From Octopus vulgaris (taxonomy: Eukaryota), in assembly GCA_951406725.2 (NCBI GenBank), contig OX597817.1:99014001-99078000 (forward strand): DNA of 64,000 nt, given 5' to 3'. Below, piece by piece: positions 12,530 through 26,386 of the stretch. How positions within the stretch are numbered: position 1 is the first letter of the stretch; every line of letters begins with the position of its first letter. The notes beneath the pieces were generated by a model that had not been told where the DNA came from, ran no database searches, and worked only from the letters and a program-made list of their open reading frames with translations. A program made the translations under genes and the position numbers.

Positions 12530-12905
12530 CCATTTAATCTTGTATTAGTCATTGGACTGTAGCCATCCTGGGGCACCACCTTGGAAGATTCAGTCATAGA
12601 ACTCAACTCCAGTATTTATGTTTCTAAATCTGGTGGTTGTCATATCAGGGTCATTTCTCCAACTGCTTAGTCATGGGGTCATAAACAAACCAACACCAGT
12701 TGTCAAACAGTGGGGGTGGAGGGACAAAACAAACCCAAAGACACACACACAGATATATATACACATGATGAGCATTTTCAGCTTCCATTCACAATGCTTT
12801 GGTTGGCCCAGGGCTATAGTAGAAGACACTTGCCCAAGATGCCACACAGTGGGACTGAACCTAGAACCATGTGAGGAAGCAAACTTCTCACCACAGCCAC
12901 ACCAG
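12530..12905 (-). mobile_element. Diverged OR-like tRNA-derived SINE
   Basis: Reverse complement has GGTTCAGTCCCACTGTGTGGCATCTTGGGCAAGTGTCTTCTACTATAGCC. Confidence 0.7.
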
Positions 12906-13109
12906 CATGGATGTTTTTTCATATATATCTTTTTTTATTTAAGTGAGAAGGGCAGTGTCAAAGACTCTTTATAGGGTCTTTGAAACTGGGTGGGAGGAAG
13001 ATGCTCTTAAACAGGTTAGTTGCTTGCAACAGCATGAGCTCCTCTACTGGAGACACCTAATACCCAAGGTATTAGTGGTGTTAAACTGGCTGACGGATTA
13101 AGTCAACCA

Positions 13110-13625
13110 CTCAAGTAGGTCACAGCAGGTTTTGAACTCGGAACTCAAATGTACCCTGAAAAAAGGTATTCCATCAATGCTCTAATATTTCCACCAGTCC
13201 ACCACTTTAGAATGGTATTTTAGTTTATTGACACCCCACCTCCAAAGGAGGAATGGTAAGGGTGACTTCATGGGGTTTGAACTCAGAACTAAAAGTACCC
13301 TGTAAAACTGTACCCCATCAATGCTCTAATATTTTCATCAGTTCACCACTCTAGAATAGTATTTTATTTTATTGACTCCTCCACTTGCCCCCACCCTACT
13401 CAAAGGACAAATGGCATGGTTGACCTCATGGGATTTGAACTCAGAACTAAAAGGTACTCCATCAATGCTTTAATATTTCAACCAGTCCACTCTAGAATTG
13501 TATCTAGAAATAAGACACCACTCTAGAATGGCATCTTATTTTATTGTCGCCCCACTTCCCCCACCAAAGGACAAATGGTAAGGCTGACCTCATGAGATTT
13601 GAACTCAGAATGCAAAAGGTCAGAA
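13110..13625 (-). repeat. Tandem array (~4 x 145-163 bp) derived from a SINE head
   Basis: TTTGAACTC(A/G)GAA recurs at ~13131, 13276, 13435 and 13598, each with shared flanks (CCATCAATGCTCTAATATTT). Confidence 0.65.
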
Positions 13626-13735
13626 CAAAGAACAAATTCCAGAAATCATTTTGTTCAATGCTCTAACGACTCTGCTAATTATCTACTAATTATCTGCCTC
13701 ATCAACATTTCATATACATTAAATTTAGAGATGTA

Positions 13736-14131
13736 CTAGCAGCTAAGCCCGGTTTCACCTGGTCTGTTTGGATGATGTGCCTGTGATCGTTTTTGGTCAG
13801 GCATAATATATAACAGCGTTTCTCAACCTTATGATTTCGGGTCCTTTGTTTCGATTGGAGCCTCCAGTCCTGACCCCACCCCATCAGAAAACAGCTTCTA
13901 AGCAACTGGTTGTTTTAATGGCGGAATAAAGAGGAGAATTCCATTAGAAAAAGTTTTAATCAATTTTCTCGGTAAGTATGGATGCTAGGAAAAAATACAA
14001 ACCACATTCCAATCTATGCACCCGTCTTCACATGTGTGCCATTTTTCATATGAATCCATCCAGCCGTTTGGCTGTGAACCTCAAGACAAGAAAGAATACA
14101 ACGATCACCCATGTCCAATTTATATTATAGA
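13736..14131 (-). mobile_element. Non-autonomous Helitron
   Basis: Minus strand runs TCTATAATATAAA ... CCAGGTGAAACCGGG hairpin ... CTAG, in an A/T target. Confidence 0.7.
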
Positions 14132-14916
14132 TATATACATGTGTATGTGTGTGTGAGCGCACGCGTGCATCTATATATGTGTGCGTGTGTGCATCTATAT
14201 ATGTGTATGTGTGCATCTATTGTGTGTGTGGGGGGTGCATGTATGTGTCCCATCGTTATCATCATCATCATCATTACCATTGTTTAACATCTGTTTTTCA
14301 TGCATGCAGGAGTAGGACGGTAGAAGACTGCCCCTGTTTTGGCAGGGTTTTTATGGCTGGATGCCCTTCCTAATGTGTGCGTGCGTGTGTGTGTGTATGT
14401 GTGTGTGTGTGATCATTCCTTCTTCTCGTTGTTTAAACATCCATTTTCCATTCTGGCACCGTGGTTGGGTTGATTTGACAGGGCCCAGCAAATGGCAGGG
14501 CTGCATCAAGCTCCAGTATCTGCTTTGTCATGCATTGTCCACCTCTATGCCCTTTCTAATGCAAACCCCCATTACAGCATGTACTGGGTGCTTTGTTTCA
14601 TGCCACCAGCACTAGTGAGGCAACCAAGTAACTTGCAAGACAGGAGCAGAACAAGGAAAGGAAAAAGGCCCCTTGACTTAGTGGTGGAAGCACTATTTTA
14701 AGGAAAGGGGTGTTAGTTTTATGCCAGGTGTGGGGAGATTAAAGTGTGATAGAGGAACAAGAGCAGGTATGATGCTATAAAGGAGATGGTTTATAGCAGT
14801 GTTTCTCAACCCGGGTCCCCGGAACCCTAAGGTTACACAAAAGGGTCCTAGGGGTTCCCCAAGAAAAAGTAAGATAAGCTAATGCTTATTTCATGATTGT
14901 ACTATTACTATACATT

Positions 14917-15228
14917 GAGGCATATGGCCTAGTGGTTAGAGCAGCAGATTTACAGTCGAGGGATCACAGGTCCGAATCTCAGACCAGGTGATGTGTGTGT
15001 TTATGAGTGAAACACCTAAACTCCACGCAGCTCCTGCAGAAGGTAATAGTGAACTTCTGCTGACTCTTTCGCCACCACTTTCTCTCACTCTCTTCTCCTG
15101 CATTTAGCAGCTCGCCTGCAACGGACCAGCGTCCCATCCAGATGGAGAATCTATATGCCAATGAAACTGGGAAACCAGCCCTTATTAGCCTGGCATGGCT
15201 CAAGAAGGAACAAACAACAAACAAACAA
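14917..15228 (+). mobile_element. tRNA-derived SINE nested in the hAT MITE
   Basis: A-box TGGCCTAGTGG, B-box GGTCCGAATCTC, (CAAA)n tail, ~13-bp TSD TATTACTATA(C/G)AT. Confidence 0.8.
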
Positions 15229-15459
15229 TATTACTATAGATGTACAACATATTATTAGTTATTATAATATTGTAATATAGATATTATCCTACCTAACCTA
15301 TTATGTTGTCAAAAATATATAACAACTATATATTTACAAAAAAACAAAAGATGAAGACAGGTGGTATAGACAACAAAGAGATGTATTAGTATAATGGTCG
15401 GGAAGTGAAAAAGTCTTTAATGTTTCGAGCCTATGCTCTTCCACAGAAAGGAGCATATT

Positions 15460-15587
<128 letters not shown>

Positions 15588-15786
15588 ATACAAAATTAGA
15601 GAATGGAGAAACATACTTAAATCAATAAAACATCAACTATCCGATGATACTCAATCCATACTTTAATACACCATTACATAGGAGTAAAGGCAATATATAA
15701 AATGAAATGAGATATACAGTAATAGTAAAAGTAAAAAGATAAAGAGATATAAGTAAAAAATTACAAATACAATATGCAAATAAATC

Positions 15787-15902
15787 AAAACTGACAGCTG
15801 TTTCGGCAGTGAGGACAGTCATACCTCATTTAACCTATAAGCCATAAAGGCAGGTATAAATGAGGCATTAACAAAGATGCCCCACGGCCTCTTCAGAGAA
15901 TT
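15787..15902 (-). ncRNA. Type-I hammerhead ribozyme motif in a PLE terminus (weak stem I)
   Basis: CTGAAGA-GGCCGTGGGG...CCTCACTGCC-GAAA-CAGCTG-TC. Confidence 0.65.
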
Positions 15903-16239
15903 AAATTAAATTTGTTATAATAGTGAAAAATATTATATAATCATATACATATAAATATAAAAATATAAAAAAGTAAAATATAAAAACTTATACATCATAA
16001 TGCTACACTTGTATAATATAATACATATTTGTACAAAAAGGAAGGTAACCAGAACAAAATAAAACAAAATATATAACAGTGTATATATAATATTAATAAG
16101 TACCGATATCATACATATTTAGCTAATAGTTTTTTTATAAAAAAAAGGGCTAACACATATGGAGATGAAAAATAATAATAATTAAATCCGTGGTACAGTT
16201 CATAAAATTCTAAAGCTATAAAAGTTAATAAAAATTACT

Positions 16240-16273
<34 letters not shown>

Positions 16274-16344
16274 GTAATAATAATAAAAAATAATAAAAAT
16301 AGATACAGTTAAGTTATCACCAAGTCCATCCTTCCAAGATCGAA

Positions 16345-16393
<49 letters not shown>

Positions 16394-16566
16394 ACAATTG
16401 CAGCGTGGAAGGTGTTTAAAAGCCATTTAAGAAACACAGAAAAACCGTTAGATTCACTTCAACATTTAAATCTAATTTGTCAAAATATTTTCATCGCTTT
16501 GAGACCACGACCTGTTCACTGACAAAATTGTGCTGCATCTTATATATATACATATATATATATAAA

Positions 16567-16648
<82 letters not shown>

Positions 16649-17464
16649 TTACCATGTGAGCTGCGATGAAAAAAATATGTAAAAGATATGGAATATGATT
16701 TTTTTTTTTGAGACATGTAACTTATTTTAAGGGTTATGCAAGGGTAAAATGGTTGAGAAATACTGGTCTATAGCATCTAAAGATGCTATTTCACAAGGAT
16801 GGGTGGAAGTAACTGAGAAGAAGAAAATAAAGTGGGTAGTGAAAGAGTACCAGAGTAACCTGTCCAGGAGCAAGGAAGTGAGCACAAGAGAGGACATGGT
16901 CAGTGAATGAGGATGGTAAAGGAGAAGAGTGTGTGGTTATAAGAATGTGAGGGGAGGATTAACAGATGGTTAAAGGTGAGGGTAGAGATGAATGTAGTGA
17001 GTGATGAAATGGGTGAAGGTGTAGCATGGTGGGAGATATCAATATGGGTGAGGGTGGGTGATTAAGGCTAGAGAGAGGAAGAGGTTACTCAGGGATGAGA
17101 GGTCAGGAAGTAGAGAAAGATGACCAAGGCTTAGGGAGAGTGGAGCAGGAGATGTAGAGGCTACAGTGAGTGTGGCACAGCGACAGGTATAAGAGGTATT
17201 AAGATGGGGTATGGTGGAGGAGGAGAGGAGATGAGTGGAGGCTGAGAAAAGAAGTAATCAGTGAAAATAGTGTGAAAAGGGATGCTGATGAGAATGAGGG
17301 ATGGAAGTTATGTGTGGTGGGGGGGAGGCAGTAATTGGTGGCACAAAAGAAGTGTCACCAATTGACTGTCAAAGCCTAGGATAGATGATGACAATGACAA
17401 TTTAACAACTACTTTACTTTATTGACCCCCCAGGTGGGTAACAGTCAAATTTCACCTCAGCTTA

Positions 17465-17675
17465 ATAATCCTTTCTACTATAGGCACAAAGCATGAAATT
17501 TGGGGGTGGGGGGTTGTCGTTTTTATCGGCCCCAGTGCGTAACTGGTACTTATTTAATCAACTCCAAAAGGATAAAAAGCAAAAGCCGACCTTGGTAGGA
17601 TTTGAACTCAGAAGATGGACAAAATACCTCCAAGCATTTTGCCTGGCATGCTAACGCTTCTGCCAGCTTGCCATC
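17465..17675 (-). mobile_element. Second tRNA-derived SINE family (other copy at 20735-20970)
   Basis: Reverse complement GCTGGCAGAAGCGTTAGC...GAGTTCAAATCC...CCTTTTGGAGTTGATTAAATAAGTACCAG. Confidence 0.7.
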
Positions 17676-17807
17676 TTACCTTAGCTAAATGATAACAAAT
17701 CACAATATCTCTGGAGAACAGCTACAGTTACTTTGAAACTTATAAGATAACTGGAAGTTAATAGAGAACCCATGAAAAATATACTGTATTGCCTGTGTAC
17801 AAGGCAC

Positions 17808-19412
17808 ACCTGGCTGGCTGGCCGGGCCTTGGCTGCCTGGCTGGCCCAGCTTAGGCTTGCTGGCTGGAAACTGGCCTAGGCTGGCTGGCAGGGCCTTGGC
17901 TGGCCGGGCTTTGGCTGCCTGGCTGGCCCAGCATTGGCTTGCTGGCTGGAAACTGGCCTGGCCGGACCTTGCTGCCTGGCTGGCCCAGTCTTGGCTTGCT
18001 GGCTGGAAACTGGCCTAGGCTGGCTGGCTGGCCTTGCCATCATGGCTGGCCTGGCCTAGGTTTGCTTGTTGGAAACTGGCCTAGGCTGGCTGGCTGATCT
18101 GGCATGGCTGCCTGGCTGGCCCAGCCTAGGTTTTCTGGCTGGAATATAGCCTAGGCTTGGTGGCTGGCCTGGCCTTGGCTGCCCAGCTGGCCAGACCTAG
18201 GTTTGCTGGCTGGAAACTGGCCTAGGCTGGCTGGCTGGCAGGGCTTTGTCTGGCTGGCAGGACTTTGTCTGGCTGGCTTGGTTTTGGCTGGCTGGGTTTT
18301 GGCTGGCTGGGTTTTGGCTGGCTGGCTGGCCCAGCCTTAGTTTACTGGCTGGAAATTTGCCTAGGCTGGCTGGCTGGCCGGCCTTGACTTGCTGGCTGGT
18401 AACTGGCCTAGGCTTGCTGACTGGCCCTGTTTTGGATGCCTGGCTGGCTGGCCAGGCTTTGGCTGCCTGGCTGGCCCGGCCTTGATTTACTGGTTGGAAA
18501 TTGGCCTAGGCTGGCTGGCTGGCTGGCCGGCCTTGACTTGCTGACTGATAACTGGCCTAGGCTTGCTGGCTGGCCCTGTTTTGGATGCCTGGCTTGCCCG
18601 CCCTTCGCTTGCTGGCTGGAAACTGGCTTAGGCTGGCTGGCAGGCCAGGATTTGGCTGCCTGGCTGGCCCGGCCTAGGCTTGCCGGCTGGAAACTGGTCT
18701 AGGCTGACTGGCTGGCCATGCCATGGATGCCTGGCTGGCTGGTCATGCCATGGATGCCTGGCTGGCCTGGCCTAGGTTTGCTGGCTGGAAATTGGCCTAG
18801 GCTGGCTGGCTAAAGGGACTCAGCTGCCTGGCTGGCCCGGCCTAGTTTTGCTGGTTGGAAACTGGCATAGGTTGGCTGGCTGGCCAGGCCTAGGAAGCCT
18901 GGCTGGCTCGGCCTTGGCTTGCTTGCTGGAAACTGGCCTAGGCTGGCTACCTGGCCCTGTTGTGGATGCCTGGTTGGCCCGACCTAGGTTTGCTGGTTGG
19001 AAACTGGCCTTGGCTGGTTGGCTGGCCAGGCTTTGGATGCCTGGCTTGCCCGGATTTGACTTGCTGGCTGGAAACTGGGCTAGGCAGGCTGGCTGGCTGG
19101 GCCTTGGCTGCCTGGCTTGCCTGGCCTAGGTTTGCTGGCTGGAAATTGGCCTAGGCTGGCTGGCCAGGCATTGGCTTGCTGGCTGGAAACTGGCCTAGGC
19201 TGGCTGGCTGGCCCAGATTTGGTTTTTTGGCTGGAACTGGCCTAAGCTGGCTGGCTGGTTGGCTGGCTGGGCCAGCCAGGCAACCAAGCCAGCCAGCCTA
19301 GGCCAGTTTCCAGCCAGCAAACTAAGGGCCGGCCAGCCAGGCATCCATGGCATGGCCAGCCAGCTAGCCAGCCTAGGCCAGTTTCCAGCCAGCAAGCCAA
19401 AGCCCGGGGCCA
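17808..19412. repeat. GC-rich (GGCT)-based minisatellite, ~60-80-bp higher-order unit, last ~140 bp inverted
   Basis: GGCTGGAAACTGGCCTAGGCTGGCTGG recurs about 20 times and switches to the complement (CCAGCCAGCC) at ~19271. Confidence 0.9.
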
Positions 19413-19414
19413 AC

Positions 19415-19850
19415 CATTCTAAAGCACTTTGATTCTAATCCTTGTTTCCACACTTGAAACTTCTCCTATAGTTCTGATAGTGACTCAGCAATTAGAGCAA
19501 GGTTGTCAGCATAGAGAAGTTCCCAGGGGCATCCTGGGGGGGGGGGGGCTGAGGACTGAACCTTAGTGGACCCCTACCTCTACCCTGAATTCTTCCATGT
19601 ACTCGTTGCCAACCCTCATCTTACTTACAGCATCCCTGTACATGGCTTGCACAGCTCTCACTAACCATTCATCTATCCCTAGTTTCCTCATTGACCACCA
19701 GATAAGGGATCAGAGGACCCTGTCAAAGGCTTTCTCCATATCAACAAGGTACAGGGGCTTATCTTTGGCTAGGTATTTCTGCTGCAGCTGTCTTACCAGA
19801 AATATAGCATCAGAGGTGCTTTTCCCTGGCACGAAACCAAACTGCATCTC
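19415..19850 (-). pseudogene. RTE RT fragment (same family as 26384-30147 and 35558-37465)
   Basis: CPWELLYADNLALIAES, shared at the nucleotide level with the other copies. Confidence 0.85.
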
Positions 19851-20466
19851 ATATATATATGTGTGTGTGTAAAGAAATCAGATTAACCACTCTTTACTAT
19901 GCAATGTAATCAAAGACATAATTCATACCATTATTATAATACTTAGTGCAATTCGATGGTAAGACTCTATTGGAAACTCTTTAGCAAATCTTGATGTTTT
20001 ACCAAGTACATATAGTTGAAGCTCAAACCATGATTCCAGGTGTGGAAGAGAAAACAAACTACTATATACCATATTTTAAAGTGGGTAAGGAATCCGTTTT
20101 TTGTCAAAAATTAGGTTTAAAAAATATGGGAGTTTCTTATACATGGATGGAATTATAATCCCTTACAAACCCATTTTCCCAAATTTTAAGCCCCCAAAAT
20201 TAGGGTGTTTCCTGATACACGAGGGTTCCTTATACAGGTTATAATATGGTTATATGCGGTCTCGGCTGTGAAGTAAGAAGTTTGTTTCCCAGCCATATGG
20301 TTTCAGGTTCAGTCCCAGTGTGACACCTTGAGCAAATTTCTTCCACTATAGCTTTAAGTTGACCAAAGCTTTCTGAGTAGATTTTGGTAGATGGAAGCAG
20401 AATAAAACCAACTGTGTGTGTGTGTATATATGTGTAGATATGCACACACACACTCACACGTATGTA

Positions 20467-20497
<31 letters not shown>

Positions 20498-20504
20498 TCA
20501 TATA

Positions 20505-21649
20505 TGAGGAGTTACCTAAAAGTAAATGGAAACGTTCTCTGTGGGACAAGCCCATTGTAGTTCAGGCTTTCACTGCTAGAAGCCACTATCCTCAGGTATC
20601 AGTCTGCCAACAGGTGACATCCAGTGGGATCATACTGCCACATGGTACACCTTTGTTTTGCAATGCTTCTCACCTGTTCATTGACTTTGGCAATGGCTGT
20701 CTTGAAGGAACAGCGTGTTTCCATTAAATTCTGTTTTTTATATTTTTTACTGCCCACATGGGGCTAAACATAGAGGGGATAAACAAGGACAGACAAAGAG
20801 ATTAAGTCAGTGACATTGACCCCAGTGTGTAACTGGTACTTATTTTATTAACTCCGAAAGGATGAAAGGCAAAGTCGACCTCAGCTGAATTTGAACTCAG
20901 AAGGTAAAGACAAATGAAATACTGCTAAGCATTTCGCCCGGTGTGCTAACGTTTCTGCCAGCTTGCCTTCCATGAAATTCTGTTTTCTGCTGGGGAAAAA
21001 AGAGCCAAAACAGTTGTCATGCTTCAAATAGCTTACAAGGACTCTGTCATGAGCGAAACACAAGTTTATGAATGGCTTACATGCTTTAGGGATGGTTATT
21101 TGTCACTTGAGGACCAATCTTGTTCAGGGTAAATGTCAACATTTCGAATGAATGAAAACATTATGAAAATTCATGAAGTGATCTTGGACAACCATCACTG
21201 AACAACTGACAAACTTGATATAACTGGTTATGTGCTGGAGCTACTGCCAACGAATTTTGAGCAAGGAATTGCGAATGAAAAGATTTGCAGCAAAATTCGT
21301 TCCTTGTTTTCTCACCAAAGATCAAAAGCAGTCATGACTGAATTCATGTCAGGAAGCGAAAAGACAGTTGCAAGTTGATTTGGACCTTTTTTCGAAGGCC
21401 ATCAGAAATGATGGAAGCTGGTGCTACAGAATTTGCAGATGTGGAAGAGGCAAAGAAAAAAACAATGCAGGCGTTAAAAGGCATCACTTCGCAGGAGTTC
21501 CAGGACTGCTTCAAACAGTGGAAAACACATCTGGACCAATGCATTGCTTCGAATGGAGAATACTTTGAAGGTCATAAAAGTGTAAACATGTAAAACTACA
21601 GGAATAAAATAATATTGCAAAATTCCGGTTTCTTTTGGGTAGCCCCTTG
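20505..21649 (+). mobile_element. Decayed mariner transposon with a SINE insertion
   Basis: TA-flanked TIRs (TGAGGAGTTACCTAAAAG / CTTTTGGGTAGCCCCTTG). Transposase remnants AYKDSVMSETQVYEW, AKFVPCFLTKDQK and CFKQWKTHLDQCIASNGEYFEG. Confidence 0.85.
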
Positions 21650-21696
21650 TAAATGCACACACACACACACACATTTATATATATATATATATATAT

Positions 21697-21863
21697 ATCA
21701 CAATCAAGGAACGGCCATAATAGGCCATTCACCCACTAGAAATAACAGCCAAAGCTTCAACCGCAAAATAACATTAATTCCGCAAACCAGGAGAAAATTA
21801 AAAAACATTTACCCTGTAATTTCTTATACGATGCACCGTTTATGGCCGTTCCTTGATTGTGAT
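21697..21863. repeat. Short element with a perfect 24-bp inverted repeat
   Basis: ATCACAATCAAGGAACGGCCATAA ... TTATGGCCGTTCCTTGATTGTGAT. Confidence 0.75.
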
Positions 21864-21965
21864 GTTGAACTTATAAATGGTCTATGACTATTTAAGTTTT
21901 TCCCACTAGGCCGCTGGTGGCAAAAAAAAATTCTACAAAATTCTTTTTTGCCACCCTATATTGAT

Positions 21966-22005
<40 letters not shown>

Positions 22006-22130
22006 TAATATAAGAGTAAATAATTATTAATTTCAAAATCAACAATGATTTCCGAGTAGATTTCAGTATGGAAATATAACCATTATTGATAGGAACCTTT
22101 TCAAAAAGTTCTATATATATATAATACAGT

Positions 22131-22338
22131 ATATATATAAATAAAAAGGGCAAGCAATAGGTTGCTTAGCCACATACCGAAAAATTGTATGTAAAACATA
22201 TGTGAGTTACATGTATATGTTATATGTGGAGTTACATTTGTAGAAAATAAAAATAAGTGGTCTTTGACTGCTATTTCTAATTTTCGGTATGTGGCTAAGC
22301 AACCTGTTGCTTGCCCTTTTTATTTATATATATATATA
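22131..22338. repeat. Fold-back with ~55-bp arms anchored in (TA)n
   Basis: ATAAATAAAAAGGGCAAGCAATAGGTTGCTTAGCCACATACCGAAAA and its reverse complement at 22281-22330. Confidence 0.75.
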
Positions 22339-22480
22339 CTAGCAGAGATACCTGGCATTGCCCGGTTACATTCAATTGAAGAATTAGACTTTTCTGTTAG
22401 ATTTTATGTAATGAACTGGAATATCTATATTTCAAATTTCATCAAAATTACAGATGACTGTTATTTCTCTCTTTACACAC
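22339..22480 (-). mobile_element. Helitron 3' end (full extent uncertain, possibly to ~23690)
   Basis: Minus strand CCGGGCAATGCCAGG hairpin followed by CTGCTAG|T. Confidence 0.55.
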
Positions 22481-23654
22481 CCTTAAAAAATTGTAATCGT
22501 GCCACATGTATCCTATACTACTAATTTTTATGCACATATTCCAAAATTCCAATCTTATTGAACCTGTTAAAAAGATTTTGCTCCTGAAAAATGAAGGTCA
22601 TGGAGCTCTAAAATGTGAGAGCTAAGGTCCCTGTTGGGGGTGGGCATCTTAATGTCAACTACAGAATTTGAATTGTTGAGAATCTTTTTAACTTGGGTCT
22701 TATATCTATTGTTTGAATTTCTTTAAAATAGGAAATATATGTTCACTGGGTTTGTAAAAGAGAGCAAATCTAATGGAAACCAAAAGACGAATGATCACAA
22801 TAAGCAGTCAGTTATCCTACCCCTGTCGTTACCACACCCAATGTAGGATTCCTCACCATCCAGGTGACAGGCACAGCCATAAGATGCATTACGAATCTAT
22901 AGCAATTGGAAGTGCGTGACCCAACTGAAATCAACATTAGCAATTGTGTGACGTGAGGGCTAAGGAGAAATTAAAGTGTCACCTCTGGAGTTTACAAATG
23001 ACCACTATACTGATACGTAACTGGACAGAATAAATTTACAATCTATAAATGTCTTTGAATAACCAGTCACTCATCTAGGAAGGCTGTGAAATCAATGTTA
23101 CCATCTGGGGACTATGTGTGACCCAGTGATAATAAAAAGACTGAAAGGAGGTCTGCAATCAAATAACTTTACTCAACACTTTGCAACTGAATCAGTGGAA
23201 GCAAAGATGCCTTTCATTTACTTGACAATTTATGCACCACATTGCAGAAATTACAATGTAAGTGTATGTCAAAGCACACTGTTACCCTGTTGTACCATTG
23301 AATTAGAAATAATGCCCAACTTTTATGCTCGGGTAACCCTACAGCTTCCAAGAGCACAACTGTATTCGTTTTTGCTCAGATAAAATGACAAAATTTTGGG
23401 TGTTAAGTCCCCATGGAGGGGTCTTTCTAATTTGTAAGAAGATGAAATTTTATAAATATTACTTCATTTGTGTCTAATATCTATGGTTAAAATTTCTTCA
23501 ACAGCAAAAATATATGAATTGTCATGGGGTTATGGCCCTTATACATAGAATATAATTTCCAAATTTCATAAAGATCTATTCAGTACTTTTGAACTAGTTT
23601 TGGATCATAAAAGAAATGACTAAAATTTGGGAGTTAAGGCTCCCATTAGGGTGT

Positions 23655-23733
<79 letters not shown>

Positions 23734-24274
23734 GTAGATAGATAGATAGATAGATAGATAGACAGATAGATAGATAAATAGATAGATATAGATATCGCTA
23801 TAGATATATACACACATACACATACACAGATAAATTGATAGATACAACTGAGTGGGCAAACAAAAATATGAGACACAGCCTAATGCTTCTTTTTATGTTG
23901 ATAAGCCTGGTACTTATTCTATTAGTTTGTTCTTGTGAAACCAGTAAGTTATATGGATGTAAATAAATTAACAGCAGTTGTGATGCAGTGATGAGGGAGA
24001 AACACAAAGACACACACATCGACTTACATATATACATACATATATATATATATATATATACTCTTTACTCTTTTACTCTTTTACTTGTTTCAGTCATTTG
24101 ACTGCGGCCATGCTGGAGCACCACCTTTAGAAAAATAGCGTGTTAGACAGCGCCTGTGGTTTCAAGGTAGGAAGAATTCACATAGAGTTCAGATTAACGA
24201 AGTAACCACACGGCTAAGCTCATATATATATATGATTGATTTGTTTCAGTTCCTGTCTACGAAATCCATATATA

Positions 24275-26272
24275 TTGTTGTTGGCATCATTTTTATCTCG
24301 GGAGTCAATGGAGTTGCGCATAAAGTAATCTAGTCCGGCTTTTACATTTCATGTCCTAATACATCTCCTGCTGTGGTTGTGTAGTCCTATCCTGGACAAA
24401 CACTCCCTCTGGCAGGTGCCACAAATGTAGCGAAGACTTTGCCTTGCTGGTTGTAATGTCATAGTTTCTTGTTGACGTCTTTTTTTGTCTTTCCATTTCT
24501 CCTCTCTCTCTATGCCACTCCTTTGTGTTCCCTCTTTTATGGTACGTCGCCAATCTCCACGGTTGCTGGCAGCTGCTTCCCAGTTGCTAATATTGATGTT
24601 GCAGACGCGAGAGATTGAACAGTTTCCCATCACTTCTACTGAGCAGAAACACTCCATCATCTAGTGTCTCAAAGGCATGTGACAGCAGCAGTGAGAAGAA
24701 GATGCCAAGTAATGTAGGAGCAAGGACACAACCTTGCTTTACCCCATTTTTTATTTGGAAGGTGGCTGATGTCGAACTATTGTGCTGTATGGTGCCTTGC
24801 ATATCATCATGGAAAGATTTGATGATCCTCAGCAGCTTTGGTGAACATCTGATTTTTTGGAGCAGGATGAAGAGGCCTTTTCTACTTACCAAGTCAAAGG
24901 CCTTTGTCAGATCAATGAAGGCCATATATAATGGCCTTTTCTGCTCTCTGGACTTCTCCTGAAGTTGGTGTATGGAGAATATCATGTCAATAGTTGATCT
25001 GCTTCTTCTAAAGCCACACTATGATTCTGGATAAATTCAAGAAGCAAGCAGTTGCAGCCTGGACAGGATAATGCAAGCCTTTCCAAAGGCCTTTCCAACG
25101 GTGCTTAGAAGAGATATTCCATGGTAATTGTTACAATCACCACGGTCACCTTTGTTTTTGTAAAGAGTAATGATGCTAGCATCCCGCATATCCTGAGGGA
25201 CTGTACCCTCTTCCCAGCACTGACACAGAAGCTCATGAAGGTGCCAAAACAGGATGGTGTTTTTGCCGATTTTGATGATCTCTAAGGGGATGCCGTCTTT
25301 TCCCCGGAGCCTTGTTACTTGCTAGGGAGTCAATAGCCTATAGATGGCAGACTGTCATGTTGGCACATGACTGGCAAGATCTTGACACCCTCAATTGTAG
25401 CCTCAGCTACCATGGTCTCCTGTGAGTAGAGATCCTGGTAGTACTCCACCCATCTATCCATTTGCTTGCTTTGGTCCTTGATGAGATCTCCAGTAGTTGA
25501 TTTCAGAGGGGCTGACTTGGTTGCAGATGGACCGAAGGCCTTCTTCAAACCGGCATATATCCCACGTGTATCACCACTGTCAGCAGCTGACTGGATACTC
25601 TGACAGATTTCCTGCCAATACCTGTTTGCACAGCGTCTGGCAGTCAGTTTGGTTTCATTTCTTGCCTTTCTGAGTTCTTCGAGTGACTTTGTAGAAGAAT
25701 CACTCTTGTATTGCATCAGAGCTGCATGCTTTGCTTTGATAACTGTTTCCAGCTCTGAGATCCCAGCACTGAACCAATCTGGGTTTTACCTTTCTCTCAT
25801 GCCAAAAGTATATATTGATGTGGTATACAAAGCTTCCCTGATATAATTCCACCTACATTCTGCAGAGGAGGTTGGGCAGCTACTGAGGACAACCTTGATA
25901 GAAACAGCAAAACATTGTCGCAGTGTAGGGTCCGAGGTTCTGGCAGTTTTAATGTGTGGTCGGCCCATTTTCTTGGAGTGATGGACATTTTCAGGCAGAA
26001 TCCTCACGCTGCTTCTTAGTGAATGATCTGTGTCACAAACCACGTTGTGGTAACTACGGGTCAGTTGAACAGAATTCAGAAAGGATCTGCGTGTAATGAT
26101 GAGATCCAGCTGATGCCAGTGGTGAGATCTTGGATGTCTCCAAGATGCCTTGTGGGATGTCTTGTTGGCAAAGAATGTGTTAGTGATGCACAGGTTATGG
26201 TATGTGCAAAATTCAAGTAGTCTCTGACCATTGTCATTCATGTTGCCAATACCAAAACGCTTACACTTACAT
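24275..26272 (-). mobile_element. RTE (BovB-like) LINE, 5'-truncated and internally deleted
   Basis: APE half (NDNGQRLLEFC, HWHQLDLII), RT (FIDLTKAFDLVSR, GVKQGCVLAPTL), C-terminal C2H2 (CGTCQRECLSRIGLHNH), (CAA)n tail. Confidence 0.9.
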
Positions 26273-26350
26273 ATATACATACATATATATGTGATTGATT
26301 TGTTTCAGTTCCTGTCTACAAAATCCATATATATACATATATTTATAACA

Positions 26351-26383
<33 letters not shown>

Positions 26384-26386
<3 letters not shown>

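Noticed and set aside
14917-15010. tRNA gene
   Set aside because: The A/B boxes continue into a SINE body with a tail and TSD, and there is no intact cloverleaf. The same applies to the other SINE heads.
16790-17350. Purine-rich tract as a coding exon or regulatory element
   Set aside because: There is no sustained ORF, periodicity or recognisable motif. It is probably a decayed repeat.
18246-19413. Trp/Leu/Ala/Gly-rich ORFs
   Set aside because: They are translations of the GGCT minisatellite.
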